64,000 nucleotides of DNA from Octopus sinensis (lineage: Eukaryota), in the NCBI RefSeq assembly GCF_006345805.1, contig NC_043000.1, forward strand, positions 31,558,001 through 31,622,000, read 5' to 3'. Of this stretch, positions 36,056 to 50,572 are shown one piece after another. Position 1 is the first letter of the stretch; each line of letters starts with the position of its first letter. The notes under the pieces were generated by a model. It did no database searches. It was given only the letters and a program-made list of their open reading frames with translations, and had not been told where the DNA came from. Both the position numbers and the translations under genes were made by a program.

Positions 36056-39029
36056 TTTACAAGCGATGAGTTTCTTTGCCTCCCACCAAATGCAGTTCAA
36101 CTGAAATAAAATGAACTAAAATATTTTTTTATGTAACAAGGCGGAATACAGTTTGAGTTTGAAGAGACATTCCCCACGTACTTCATTGTTGGTCAGTTAA
36201 TGGTATTTAATTAATATGGATAATACGTAGTATTATACAATAATATATAGTGATAGAGGAGGAAGAGAACGAGAGGAGGATGGGTATACACGTTGTAACA
36301 GGGCATCGCTGCATCCTTCATTCGTTGGTGATTCCCTGCTGCTGACAGATGACACCTTTGCATCGCGCAGGCGGCAACCTTCAAATTTATGGGTCTGTTT
36401 GGATAATCGTTACTGGTGAAGACTGTTACGACCTGTTTTTTTTTTTTTTTTGTCATCTTTTACGACTCGCAGGGGAGATGTTAGGTCTCGTCTTTGACAT
36501 GCCGCTCCCCACGCAACACTAGAGCAGCGTAGAATGGAGTGTTTTGCTCGAGAACACAAAACGCCGCCCGGTTCGGAACTTGAACCCAAGATATGGCGAG
36601 GGTGAAAGCAACACCCTAACCACTAGTCCAATGATAGATATCAATAGTAATGGATATGATAATATATAGTATTATAAAATATCAAGAGTAACACACATAT
36701 GTAGTTACAGAGGTGATACGGTAAAATATGTCGTATGATAAGGTAAAATAGAAAATCGTTATATGCACGGTGAACGGAGAAATTTAAAACGATGGCTTTC
36801 ATATATATTCTTTATGCGCTCCGGCAGATTTGAACGTGAATATATTAATCGATTCAAACGGTTCGCTGATCCGTGCTGATCAGAGTCACTCACACAAATG
36901 AATCGAGTGGGAAATGTTCGCATATTCGTTGTAAAGGAGATGTTCTCCTCCTAAAAAGAGACACAACAGCAGTTAGCATATTCAAGTTCGAATCTGCCTG
37001 AATGTATTTAGAATAAGATGCGAGTCACCGTGTAGTGATATGAATTGATAGTATTATACATGTATAACTATATAGACCTATAGCAATACAGATAATATAT
37101 ACAACAATATAGATCAATGGCAATATAGATGATAATAAGTTCTGGTGGAGAAAACGGTTGAGACTGTAGAAAGCTGAAGTATAAATACACCATTGCACTG
37201 CATTCAGTTCGTCTCATGCGCCATATTGAATTGAACTCCAATTAATAAAAAGTCAGTTATGAACTACTGTTAATTCAATCATTTATATCCATCTGCCATC
37301 ATCATTTAGTTTCATGCCAAATAAACATAACATGTTCTTCTCACAAATGTAGAGTAAGCTAAATTCAATTACGGGTTTCAATCCCTTGTTGAATCAGATT
37401 CACTTCATTCAGGGCACGTAACTCCTCAGCAATATCATATACCTAAGACAATTTGATTTCCTCCTCCCCTTCTCCTCCTCCTCCTTCTCCTCTTAGTGTT
37501 TTATCTTATTAATAAATCACCATTAGACCTTATTGAAGACATCCACCTTGTTATTGATTAACCTTCGGTTTGGTATACATTACCATCTCCATCAGAGTTA
37601 GATATATCATTGATATATTTATTATCATCATCATCATCATCTCCTGGATATTACTGTCGTGAGTCTTAGGACCCATAGATCCTGTTACCCAGTTTCCCTG
37701 ACGTATAAGTGGCCGAGATCACATTTTTCCTAAAAACGTCGCCAGTCCGTCCATCACAGTGTTGTTCCTCATATACAGCTGCGTGGACTGCTGTATTATG
37801 CTGAAGAACTCAACGCATCACACAGTCCGAGAATCGAACCACCAACTTGCGATCGCGAGTGCATCACTCTAACCACTAGGCTAATTAGTGACACCAAGCA
37901 GGCTCGATCCCCCAGTAGACTGCCTGGCTGATATTTTAACTAAGGATACCAAGCAGACACGATCCATCTCGTTAATAACATCAGCTTGATACTTAAAGGA
38001 TTAGGAATATTGTTTAATAAACTCTTTTCATAATCTTGCAATGTTGAATTGAAGTCTTCTTTTGAAGTTGAAGCAACGGGAAGTAACTCATGCTTAATCC
38101 CTAAAATCGAACCCTTCACTCGCTTCATTTACGATTACTTTTGGATTCAGTTTCTGATGCGTATTTAATCTCATATTGAGGATGTCCTAGAGGGGCATGC
38201 ATTTATAGAGATATCTTGCTTGACTAAGTGGTGAATTATTGTTGTAATTAGTTCTCAAGTATTTGCGCTATCGACTAACGATAGCAAAACAACATAGATA
38301 TTGCATTTTCATTTCTCCATTTATCATTAAACTGATATAATAAATAATATACATGAACACATCTTTGCTTCAGCTTCTCTCCAACTTGTCGAAACCGAAA
38401 TATTATTCTCTATTATACAAAACGAATGCCTTAAAGCGCAGTTATTGTACGTTGGCCACTCCCAATCTCCGCCTTTCAACACCCACAATAATTCTCCTTG
38501 CCAGGACGCCGACTGCTCTTAAATAAGACACCCCCACCTCTTGATGCTACGGTTACTATTTATCTTTACCAGTCACAGCTACATACAGTAATCCATCAAG
38601 ACTTTCTATTACGATACAACAGAATGGCTTGCTGATAATATTAATTTTTTTTCCCGAAATCTTGGATTATTTTTTATCTTATATTTGATAAAGTGGAACT
38701 TTCCCGAAACGTAATGGAAGCAGTGAACAACCTATCTAAGATGATACAATATCTTATTTTATTTATTGATATTGCTTTACATGTTTTGCCTAACTTCTAA
38801 CCTGCATTGTTTATAGACATTCCTTAAGATATTTATAACATAATTTTGTTGTTTATTCAATTTATCTTTTAGTTGGCCAGAGTTTCTCGAATCTAAATTA
38901 TATCCCTGTCCATATGGTTATTCGTCAAATGAACACGCTTCCAGGACAAATCATATCTTCTTGACTCTTCACAATAAGTTCATTTCATACATTAATTAAT
39001 CATTGATGCATTTTGAAAAAGTTGAGACT

Positions 39030-39103
39030 ACATACATACATACTACATACATACATACATACATACATACATACATACATACATACATACATACATACAT
39101 ACA

Positions 39104-39132
<29 letters not shown>
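39030..39132 (+). repeat. (ACAT)n microsatellite
   Basis: Long tetranucleotide run. Numerous (TA)n, (CA)n, (ATT)n, (TAG)n and (TTC)n tracts occur throughout the window. Confidence 0.95.
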
Positions 39133-39134
<2 letters not shown>

Positions 39135-39928
39135 TTGATCGGATTCATCTATATTTGATTCATCAGTCAGTTACCCCGTTTTTCTCAACCGCTTCTCTAA
39201 TCAGCAAAATACTCTTCGTGCCAGTTGACTCCGTTATCGCTTTGGTTCACCTTTTTTTCTTTCTCCAATTCCTTCATTTATTCATCATTTATTTATTTAC
39301 ACCATTTTCATCATCTTTATCATATTAAATGAAAATCCATAGATCTGCAACAATTATCGCCTTATACTTTATTACAACGCAAACACTCGTAAACAAAACC
39401 ATAACCGCCATTTTGAAAGTATCTTGTTTTGAGGCCGATTGTCGATCGAGCTAGACAATACGGCAGCAATAAATACATCATTCGGTAATATATTTTGCCG
39501 ATGGAATTAACTATTGTGACCATTAATGAAGCTACTGGCATTACAATAAAGGGGGTGCTGCAATTACTAGAAGATCAATCGGAAAATACATCATTGATCA
39601 TTCAACTTACAATGACGCTTAGCTGTTTAATGGTTTCGTAAAACAGATTTTGATGTGCAGCAAACTCATTTCTTGAAGATTTACATACATATATACATAC
39701 ATAAATACAGTTAATCCGATGTATTCTATTAGAATACAGTATACGGAATTCCGAATAAGTGCTCTTGGTAGGGAAATGTCTAAAACCTTAAAGGTATTTA
39801 GACATTTAATAAAAGCGATTATATATTATAAAGCAAGAGCAGGAAAATTACATTAAAAAAATCATCACAGAAGATATACGTCCAAAATGATATTGTATTA
39901 ATAGATAGATATATAAATATATAAAGTA

Positions 39929-40132
39929 TGATTATTTAAGACGTTTAAAATATCTTACGATCGTTTCATGAATGTGTTACCCTTCGAAATGAAATCTAAA
40001 ACTGATAATCATCATTAGGTAATACATCCACTTGTCAGAGAGAAAGGGTAAATTTCCTACCTGATAATGATTATCAGTTTTAGATTTCATTTCGAAACGA
40101 TCGTCAGGTATTTTAAACTTTTTAAATAATCA
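39929..40132. repeat. Imperfect inverted repeat (39929-40020 / 40059-40132) with hammerhead-like remnants
   Basis: Arms are reverse complements; the left arm has ~18 extra nt. Right arm reads CTGATAA...GAAACGATCGTC with palindromic ACGATCGT. Confidence 0.8.
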
Positions 40133-40639
40133 CAACACATGTTTTGCACGTGTAGTTTTTCGTACTTTTTGTGTAACAAGTTTAAAGTACGCGCTTACCG
40201 ATTGTTATTCTTGATTTGAATAATACCGGTATTATTTAATTTATTTGATATTTATTTGTACATGGTGTTTGGGGCCGGAGATGGTCTGGTGTTAATGGAT
40301 CGTAATGTATCAAGCATGTTTACAAGTGCTGTGCGAGAGGTGGAGGTGATATCCAGTTAAAATACACCATTTCATTTGGAAAATAGAAATAAATTTCAAT
40401 GAGTATTACTTACTCGAATATAGTCCAATCCTTTGTCAGCTATTTTTTGGCTCCATGCGATGTCTTTATTTCCGATGTTTGTGGATAGATTTCGGAGCAC
40501 TGTTTTATCGCTCTCACATGTTAAACGTCCCCGGTGTCTTCATCCGTCCCCGGTGTCTTATCATTATTATTATTATTCTTAGTATTAGTATTATTATTAT
40601 TATTATTATTATTATTTACTTTTAATCTACATGATTGTT

Positions 40640-41866
40640 ACAATCACTTGCTGAGACACACCCAGCGTCCTCGGGCGAGTGAAGGATAAGAAAGGATAAG
40701 AAAGCTTGGCGAGGGGGAGTGGCAGGGGTAGTAGCGAAATATTTTCATGTAGTACACATATTTAAATTGATAGGGTTTTTCTAAGGATGGGGACATTACT
40801 TGTCAGCACAATCTTTTCGATTTCTCTGTGACATGGCTCTTCTGGGATATTATGTACATGTTTTTGACTTCCCATTTATATCATACCTAGGGCTCCCACA
40901 ATAACAGAAACAGTTCTCGCTTTAAGATGCCACATCTTTTGCATTTCAATTTCCAGATCATTATATTTACTTAATTTGTCAAATTCTTTTCAGTGGGAAC
41001 ACTTACATCTACTAGTCTACGAATATTTCTTTCTCTGTTTTTAATGTCGATTATCCTGAATCGTTCTGTCGCTATTGACTACAAAATCTCAGAGGATAGT
41101 GACAGTTTTGCCTTCAACGACTGACTAAGGATGATGCTCATACCAGTAAGCAGGAGTGCTAATTTTGTACTGTTTACATATTTTCCAATGTAAATACTGT
41201 CCTACCCTATCATGGCAATTTTTATTTTTGTTTGGTGTCAGAACAGGACATCCTGAGACGAGATGGTCCATTGTTTCATTAAATTTATCGCAGAATCTGC
41301 ATTTAGGGTCTGAACCGTTCTGAAGAACATTAGCCTAGTAGTTTTTGGTAAGCAAGGTTTGATCTGGTACCGCCAATATGACACTTTCGGTCTCTGCTTT
41401 CAGTCCTGAGCTTCTCAGCCACTGATGTGTTGTTGCTTGGTCTAAATATTATTAATGAGTGAGAGAACAGTGCATGCAATCAAAGTGACACTGGGGTAAA
41501 ATATACGAAGCCCAGTATATCCATCATGACTACCCATCTGATAAGGGTACACTTGGCAAATGCATCACAACCATATGTGCATGATGATATGTTGATATAG
41601 CACTGCTGCGTTGATTATTGTGCACTCTTGTCTATCCCGCCTAAAGGTTACTATAAACGGCCTTCGGTGATCTAATACCATTGTCTTTCTGGAAGTCAGT
41701 GTCCCAGAGGATTTTTGCCTTCCCCTTTCCGTCCATTGCCTTTTCCGGTGTATGTTGGTACCAAGCACCTGTAACCTCATATCCATACTTACGGCATAGT
41801 AGCCAGTGGAGGTTTGGGGCTACTTTGTCGTGTCTACGCTTGTACTCTTTCTGAGCAAGACATTCA

Positions 41867-41935
<69 letters not shown>

Positions 41936-42570
41936 GTTGTTGTTGTTGTTGTTTTTGCTGTTGTTATCGTTATATGAAAGCTCAGAGGTTTTTTTGCTGG
42001 GTATGATGGAAAGTGTCCGCTGTCCACAGTCAGCAGACTAAGGTGACACTTGTTTACTGGTCATGCTTCAAGAATCCTGAGCAGAAATCTTGCAGTTCCA
42101 ATCAATGCTGATTTTCACAGGTGTTCTACCTTCACACTTGCACCAATCCTTTTGAACCATGTCGGCAGTGCTTCAGTGCGCCAATTACTATTGCTATCAC
42201 ATCTACTCTCCTCATTGATCTCAACCTTCGTATTTCCCACTTCAAGTCGTCATAATTGTTTCTTCTTCTTCTTCTTCTTCTTCTTCTTCTTCTTCTTCTT
42301 CTTCTTCTTCTTCTTCTTCTTCTTCTTCTTTTCTTCTTTTATTATTATTATTATTTATTATTATTATTATTATTGTTATTATTATTATTATTATTATCAT
42401 CATTATTATTGTTGTTTTTTACTTTCAATCTGCATGTTCGTTAGTCACTTGCCGAGACACACCCAGTGTCCTGGGGCGAGTGAAGGATAAGAAATGTTAC
42501 CATATGTCTGAAAGCTTGGGGGGGTGAAGTAGCGAAATACAACACAGACATTTAAATGGATAAGGTTTTT
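40640..42570 (-). mobile_element. Two or more R4/Dong-like LINE 3' fragments sharing a ~130-bp 3' UTR (40640-40790 and 42445-42570)
   Basis: EFDKLSKYNDLEIEMQKMWHLK...IVGALGMI at ~40870-40990. LDHRRP at ~41640-41680. The shared UTR GAGACACACCCAG..GGGCGAGTGAAGGATAAGAAA is followed by (ATT)n. Confidence 0.7.
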
Positions 42571-42588
42571 TAAAGATTATTATTATCA

Positions 42589-42659
<71 letters not shown>

Positions 42660-42661
<2 letters not shown>

Positions 42662-43010
42662 ATACCGCCGAAGACGAATTTGCCTTTCGCCATTTCGGGG
42701 TCGATAAATTAAGTACCAGTGCAACATTGAGGTAGACGTAATCGATTAGTCCCTTCCCGCCAAATTTTCAGGCTTTGTCCCTTTAGCAGAAAGGATTATT
42801 AATATTATTAAGGCGGCAAGCTGGCAGATTCGTTAGCACGCCGGGCAGAAAATTTGGCGGCATTTCCATCGTCTTTACGTCCTGAGTTCAAATTCCGCCG
42901 AGGCTGATTTTGTCTTTTATCATTTCGGAGTCCATTAAATAAGTACCAGTTACGCACACTGGGTCGACGTAATACCTCGAAATTCCTGGCCTTGTGCCAA
43001 AATTGGAAAC
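42660..43010 (+). mobile_element. Two adjacent family A SINE copies
   Basis: Partial copy at 42660-42790 and a headed copy starting AAGGCGGCAAGCTGGCAG at ~42810. Confidence 0.75.
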
Positions 43011-43149
43011 CCATCTTTATTATTTTTATTTATCGGCATAAGTTAAAAAAAGGCCCAAAGGCAGAGAAGCTTACGCATAGCATTTGTAGCATTTGATAAG
43101 TGATATTTATCTATCTATCTGTACATACATACATATATATATATATATT

Positions 43150-43528
43150 TACTCTCTTTTACTCTTTTACTTGTTTCAGTCATTTGACTGCGGCCATGCT
43201 GGAGCACCGCCTTTAGTCGAGGAAATCGACCCCAGGACTTATTCTTGTAAGCCTAGTATTCTATTAGTCTTCTTTTAGTCTCTTTTGCCGAACCGCTAAG
43301 TTACGGGGGACGTAAACACACCAGCATCGGTTGTCAAGCGATGTTGGGGGGAACAAACACAGACACACAAACATATATACGACGGGCTTCTTTCAGTTTC
43401 CGTCTACCAAATCCACTCACATGGCTTTGGTCGGCCCGAGGCTATAGTAGAAGACACTTGCCCAAGGTGCCACGCAGTGGGACCGAACCCGGAACCATGT
43501 GGTTTGTAAGCAAGCTACTTACCACACA
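43150..43528 (-). mobile_element. tRNA-derived SINE family C (fragments also at 3460-3530, 7540-7720, 11180-11340, 63442-63489)
   Basis: Head GTGTGGTAAGTAGCTTGCTTAC..ACCACATGGTTCCGGGTTC, followed by the CORE-like ACCTTGGGCAAGTGTCTTC. Confidence 0.8.
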
Positions 43529-44099
43529 CGACAGGCGTCCTTCCGTCTACTAAATCTATATATGAATGTGTGTGTGTGTGTGTCTTATTTTTTGCTTTGA
43601 AATCTTCATCTGAGGGAGAGGCTCGTTTCTAACAATGACAAACGTTCTGTGGTTGCAACGTAGATAAGCAAATTTTCATATTCAACTTAGAAAAAAATCT
43701 TGCGTATTTTCACTGTTCCACTTACAGATTGAATTTGTAATATGAGTTGGTTGGTTTCTTTTTCATAAAATCCCAGCTTATACAGACTGTATATTTAGGC
43801 ATTTGCTCACAAAGCCAAGCGCAACAGTCATTATTGGTACAAATGTGAACTATGGTAGCAAGTACTTTTGCCAACTACAGAAACTTCAGCAGCCATGAGT
43901 GAAGAATAATGTCGAATGCTTTCCTAAAATCGAGCCATACTATCACAAGGTTTCTACGGTGACAGGAGGATGGCTCGGGCGACAGAGCTTTATTTATCAA
44001 AGGTTGTTCGGCATGTCCTCACACTTCCTTGCTTCCACCCGCCTGTTTATCGATTATTATGTTGTTGAACTGAAAATAATCCTGGAGAAATCGCTTTAG

Positions 44100-46050
44100 G
44101 CAGAGTTTGTAAAACTTGGACATAATATTTAGTCAAGCAATGAGCCGAAATGTTTCTGCTAATTCGGTGGTTTTATTCTTAACTACACGATTCGTCCGTG
44201 CAACAGCAAGTTAATTCGGCATGTTAATCTCACTTTCCATAGTCCTTTAATCAACCTCTATAAACCAGTATCCAACCATTAGGTCTTTTCCAGGTGCTCC
44301 TCATTATGCAGTTTACCTACATCTATACTGAAATTTTGCGGTTCGATTACGTATGTTTTACTGTCGATGTTGCTACAGCATATTTTCCTAACTGAATTTA
44401 GCCACGATGCATTAAGGTTGAAATATCTCTTTTCTCGCCAAATCTTAGACTAAATTAATTTAAGATCTTCTTGAGAAAGGGATTTCTTAACAGTTATGTT
44501 TTCTTTGCATATCTCCCGGTAAAATGTCTCTAGATTGGAAACAAGCTTTTGATTATACTGACTCACCCGCAAATTATTCTACGGTGATGGTCTTTTTCGC
44601 TCAACGTTCTAATTTTGTCCTTTAAAGCAGTTTTCCCTCAAGAGCTTTGTTAATTTTTGCATAAGCTGTAATAGGTGATGTGTGATTTCTTTATTCCCCA
44701 CATATTTCAATATCTGGCAACGCACATTGTTGGTATATTCTTTAAGGTTTGTTTTCTGTCTAGTTTGCTTCCGTTTAATAATTTCATTAGCATGTGTACA
44801 ACAGTTTTCTCCTGAATATTGTTTAAGAGTGATGGCAGCTGTGAATGGGAAAATATCAATTGTCCAGTAATCAACATCGCGTGATTCCATGTAGTCTCTC
44901 CATCAACATCATCGATAACTTTAAGCGTAAAAATAGTTGATTTTGCTTTGCTTTAATCTTGTTAAGAATGCCTGTCGCTTAGAAAAACAGGAAAACTTTT
45001 TGTACGAACTGTGCTTTGAAAATGTTCTTAAGCTGAATATATTCCAGTCATATCTGTTGAATTAGTGACATGTAGTTTAGTGATGGCAGCAGCGATTTGT
45101 TTACATTATTTTTGATCTCTTGTGACAGATTTTGACCGGTTCTCAGTGTTTCCAGAAGATCAATTAGCATCTTGAGAGTTGGAATACCAAATAGTATTTG
45201 TAGTAACATTTTTCTCTTTTTTTTTTTGCGATGAAAGACGCTTCTTTCTAAGGCTGTTTTGCTGTAATTTCCTGGGGTTTTTTTGGGGTTTTTTTGTGTG
45301 TGGGTGTTTCTATCCCCAGCATTATGCTTTGTACGTGTTTCGTTGCAGTCCACAGCACAGAGAACATCGTAATGACATTTTCGGACAGTTACTTGTGATG
45401 TCGATGACATTGATAATTCCGCAATCTGCACATTTAATTTTTTTTTACTTGCATCTATATCACTCTTGCGTTGGTACATCGTAGTTATTTCCTCCTCATA
45501 AATTTCAAAAGTGGTTCGGGTGTTGCCCCCTAAACCTTGCGCTCGACCTTTCTATTCTCAGACTTGGAGGTGTGTTATGTTCTTGAGCAAAACTTTTTAT
45601 CTAACGTTACTGCAGTCCACTCAGCTGTAAATAAGTAACACTGCGACTGACTGCCGTCACCCCGACCCCGTTTTGAGGGGATCTCGGTCCTCGGTAACCA
45701 GCCCCTCATGAGAGTCCTAGGACTTAAGACAATAATGTCTAGGAGTTGATGATGATGATGATAAATACTTCTAAAATCTTTAATCCAATATCAGAGAACA
45801 AGAGTATTGAATGGAATATTGTTAGATTGCTTTGCAGTTGCACCCGCATTTTAGAATGATGTAAGGACATTTAACCAGGCCAAACGCCATCTTTATATTC
45901 TCTGAGAATGTCGTAATTAGGTCAGGGGTTTTCGGTACAACATTCACATTTTTGGCATACACTTTCAGATCATGTACAAAACGAAGTAGATTTGCGATTC
46001 TATCTTCCTCTCTATCCTCCAAATTTCCAACAATAAAAAATGAGAAAGAG
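44100..46050 (-). mobile_element. Rearranged R4/Dong-like LINE remnants
   Basis: NLLRFVHDLKVYAK...ITTFSENIKMAFGLVKC (RT YxDD region) at ~45850-46000. APGKD motif at ~44290. Confidence 0.55.
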
Positions 46051-46199
46051 TTTACTGAAAATATAGACGAAGTCAAGACAGAATGACGCCTTGAAATATA
46101 TTCCTGGAATAACGAACTGAATGCTAGAATTGCAAGTGTTGGCAGAGTATAGTAATGCACCAGCCTCAGAATTTGGTTCTCAGAAAAAGAGAGGTTAAT

Positions 46200-46650
46200 A
46201 GGAAGAAGCGAACTTGCTACGCTAATTTCGGTTCGGTTTCCGTATCTATTCTCACCTCTGCTCATGAATGTTGGGTAATGATCAAAAGCGTCATTCGATC
46301 GCGAATACAAACGGCCGAGATAAGGTTTCTTCGAAGGGCCTTTTGAGTAATGTTTCTCGACAGGGTGTGTGGCTCGGTGATCACGTATTTTTGCCAGGTC
46401 GAGCCGCTACTTCCCCACATCGCGAGGTCACAGCTCGGGTACTACGGGCATGGAATCAGAAAGTCGCACGAAAGAATCACAAGAGAAACTCTTCGAGCCG
46501 ATCCAAGGGACCACGATCGAGTTGGTTTGATAATATTTAGGGTGCCAGTTGGTCACGTTTATGAATCCAGCGGGAGAGCGTAATTACAGTTGTTTCCGAT
46601 ACGACCCTATGGAGTATTCTACCTCCTACGACCCTTCTATAAATAGTAGA
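46200..46650 (+). mobile_element. RTE-clade LINE 3' fragment
   Basis: LTSAHECWVMIKSVIRSRIQTAEIRFLRR and VEPLLPHIARSQLGYYGH match the RTE RT C-terminus. Confidence 0.75.
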
Positions 46651-47510
46651 CAGGCAAAATGGGTAGAATATTATACCCTATCAGTGGCGAAAGAATTAAT
46701 TTCATATTCAGCGTGAAGTCAGTTTCTCTTTGGTTTTCGCTAGTGTATTTGGAACTTTAACCAGAGAAAGGAATGTTAGCATCCCAACGTGAAGAACAGA
46801 ATCGAATTCTTATAATCCAACCCGACTGTGACCTTTGTAGATTTGTTGCCTGCTCCTCTAACGCCATAGTTTTAATAATTAAAACTTAATTTATAGATTA
46901 AATGTCACTCTCACTCTAATTGGATTTCTACTAATTTCCATTGTCCACAACTCGGAAGTAAGAAGATTAAATCATAATTGTAGACAACAAATATTTGTTT
47001 TATATTTAAATCTCATATTGGTCTTACAGACACATTTGGTAGATTCTGATAGAATACGGTGTTCATAGCAATGACATCGATGGATATGTGTATATACATA
47101 GATATGATATACACATATGATATGATACATACACAGATATAGATAGATAGATAGATTGATTCGATATAAGTGTGTGTTAGCTTATGTGTATTTATTGATG
47201 TGATCTGGCCGTCTTAAAACAATGCGGTTGATATTTATGTACCTGTGCATATATATACATGCACACATATATACATATGGGTGAGTGTGTGCATGTGTGT
47301 ATACATATAGATATGCATACATATATATATATACATACTTATATATACATATATATAATGTATATATATACTCATATATGTGTGTGTGTTTGTGAGTATG
47401 AATGTTATGTTATATAAAGGCATATCTGCCTTTCTCTATACTAAATCATACATATATATATATATATATTTTATTCTTTTACTTGTTTCAGTCATCTCAC
47501 TCCGGCCATG

Positions 47511-47603
<93 letters not shown>

Positions 47604-47839
47604 CATACATATAAGCGGGATGACCACTGAGTGGACATCCATTATGTTAGAAGTCGACCCCTATGGTCTTACCACTAAGAAAGGAATGTTCTCTTGTATG
47701 TATGTAATATCATTTTTCTGAATCTTCAGATTTTTCTATATGCGAGACCACCGGTTTTAAATTGATATTAATCAAATTAATATTAAATTGTTCACCCTTA
47801 TTTAAAATTTACATATATATACAGACACATAGATAATAC

Positions 47840-48410
47840 CCCCACGCAATCCAACCCCACCCCTACCTTCACCCTCAGCCTATCCACATGCCCCACCTCT
47901 ACCCAACCCTCAGCCTAACCCACACCTCCACCTTTGCTTTCCCCACTTTCACCTCGCCACCTCCCAACACCATCACACATCACCACACACCACTACACCA
48001 TACACCACCATACCACACAACACCACATTACATCACATCACACCACCATGCATACACTAGCACTGACCATTTCCCGGCCCCACATGCACACACATACACA
48101 TGCACACACGCGCACGTCAAGGTCACCAGCCCTCTTCCATACGAACATACACGCTCTTATACACACGCATGCAAATCTTGTTTTTGGATCACCACTACTT
48201 TATTATTTCCCCTTCCTCTTAGCTCTCCTCTATGACCCCTCTGTCCGGCATTCGCCATGATAGATCGCTAGCCACTACACATATTTTCTCTCCTTGTTTC
48301 TTTCTGTGTTCCTTTCTGTGGAAGAGCGTAGGCTTGAAACGTTAAAGACTTTTTCACTTTCCGATCGTTAAACTAATACATGTTGTCTACACCACCTGTC
48401 TTCGTCTTTT
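47840..48410 (+). mobile_element. pLTR copy of the same PLE family, with hammerhead at 48312-48347
   Basis: Reverse complement of much of 34925-35400. HHR reads CTTT-CTGTGGA-A-GAGC-gtag-GCTT-GAAACGTT^AAAG. Confidence 0.8.
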
Positions 48411-48480
48411 GTATTTTGGGGGGTAATTCTCCCTGTATGTACATATTATCTATGTATGTATATATTATCTATGTATGTAA

Positions 48481-48520
<40 letters not shown>

Positions 48521-48819
48521 CACAAATCCCAGACCGGGCTGCGTGTTGTGTTCTTGAGCAAAGCACTTTATTTCACGTTGCTCCAGTTCACTCAGCTGTA
48601 GAAATGAGTTGCGACGTCACTGGTGCCAAACTGTATCGACCTTTGTCTTTCCCTTGGATAACACTGGTGGCGCGGAGAGGGGAGGCTGGTATGCATGGGC
48701 GACTGCTGGTCTTCCATAAATAACCTTGCCCGGACTTGTGTCTAGGAGGGTAACTTTCTAGGTGCAATCCCATGGTCATTCATGACCGAAGGGGGTCTTT
48801 ATTTATATTTTATATATAT

Positions 48820-49664
48820 ATATATTATCTATGTCTATATGGATATATATATATATATTATCTATGTATATATACATATATATATATATACGTATATATA
48901 TATATACATGTATATACAGGTATATATACAAAAATATCTTTGTATATTTATATATTCATAATGCACTTTTTAATCTGAGGGGAGGCAATTATATTCATAA
49001 TATGCATATAATCGTATTCAGGCACATATATATGAATGTACATATACGTGCGTGTGTGTATGTATGTATCTATATATATATGCGTGTGTGTGTGTGCATA
49101 TGTGTGTATGTCTGCGTACGTGTGTCTGTGTGTGTTATGTGTGTTGGTGGGGGGTGGGGCATGCATCTCCATTAGCGGGTTTTCAATTATATTTTTAATT
49201 AGCCTGCGTTTACACAGTTCACCCTGAAAAGCGTTTTTAGGCATAGACTGGAAATATTTTCATTTAATCTTCCACTTGGATTTACAGATAATTAAGCTGC
49301 TTTTTTAGTTTTTCTATTATCATCAGAACGACAGGTTGCTGAACCCGAAACTCTGAGTTGCAACTAATAACAAGGAAATTTATCGAAGATTTAAACGATT
49401 TCACATTTTATGAAATTTCATAGTGTGAGTATACGTTAGACGAAATGCTGGATATATGTGCTACCCCGTGTTGTGTGTGTGTGAGTTTTTGTAGGAAGTG
49501 TACGTGTGTGTGTGTGTGTGTGTTTGTGCATTTCTAAATCTCTTCTTCTCTTCCTCCGCCCAATCCTCCATATTATGTATGTTTATCCAGATCACCACCT
49601 CACACGAAACCATGCTCTCAATATTAAAATATATGCTTTAGAGGATTCTAGAATATGTCATTGC

Positions 49665-49723
<59 letters not shown>

Positions 49724-50572
49724 TATCTATGTCTATATGGATATATATATATATATATTATCTATGTATATATACATATATATATATACGTATATATATA
49801 TATACATGTATATACAGGTATATATACAAAAATATCTTTGTATATTTATATATTCATAATGCACTTTTTAATCTGAGGGGAGGCAATTATATTCATAATA
49901 TGCATATAATCGTATTCAGGCACATATATATGAATGTACATATACGTGCGTGTGTGTGTGTATGTATGTATCTATATATATGCGTGTGTGTGTGTGCATA
50001 TGTGTGTATGTCTGTGTACGTGTGTCTGTGTGTGTTATGTGTGTTGGTGGGGGGTGGGGCATGCATCTCCATTAGCGGGTTTTCAATTATATTTTTAATT
50101 AGCCTGCGTTTACACAGTTCACCCTGAAAAACGTTTTTAGGCATAGACTGGAAATATTTTCATTTAATCTTCCACTTGGATTTACAGATAATTAAGCTGC
50201 TTTTTTAGTTTTTCTATTATCATCAGAACGACAGGTTGCTGAACCCGAAACTCTGAGTTGCAACTAATAACAAGGAAATTTATCGAAGATTTAAACGATT
50301 TCACATTTTATGAAATTTCATAGTGTGAGTATACGTTAGACGAAATGCTGGATATATGTGCTACCCCGTGTTGTGTGTGTGTGAGTTTTTGTAGGAAGTG
50401 TACGTGTGTGTGTGTGTGGTGTTTGTGCATTTCTAAATCTCTTCTTCTCTTCCTCCGCCCAATCCTCCATATTATGTATGTTTATCCAGATCACCACCTC
50501 ACACGAAACCATGCTCTCAATATTAAAATATATGCTTTAGAGGATTCTAGAATATGTCATTGCATATGTATT
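48820..50572 (+). repeat. Near-perfect ~900-bp tandem duplication
   Basis: GCATCTCCATTAGCGGG occurs at ~49162 and ~50062 (period ~900). Non-microsatellite parts are almost identical. Confidence 0.9.

Noticed and set aside
49336-49366. GTTGCTGAACCCGAAACTCTGAGTTGCAAC as a hammerhead
   Set aside because: There is no stem II and the core is incomplete; it is better explained as a simple hairpin.
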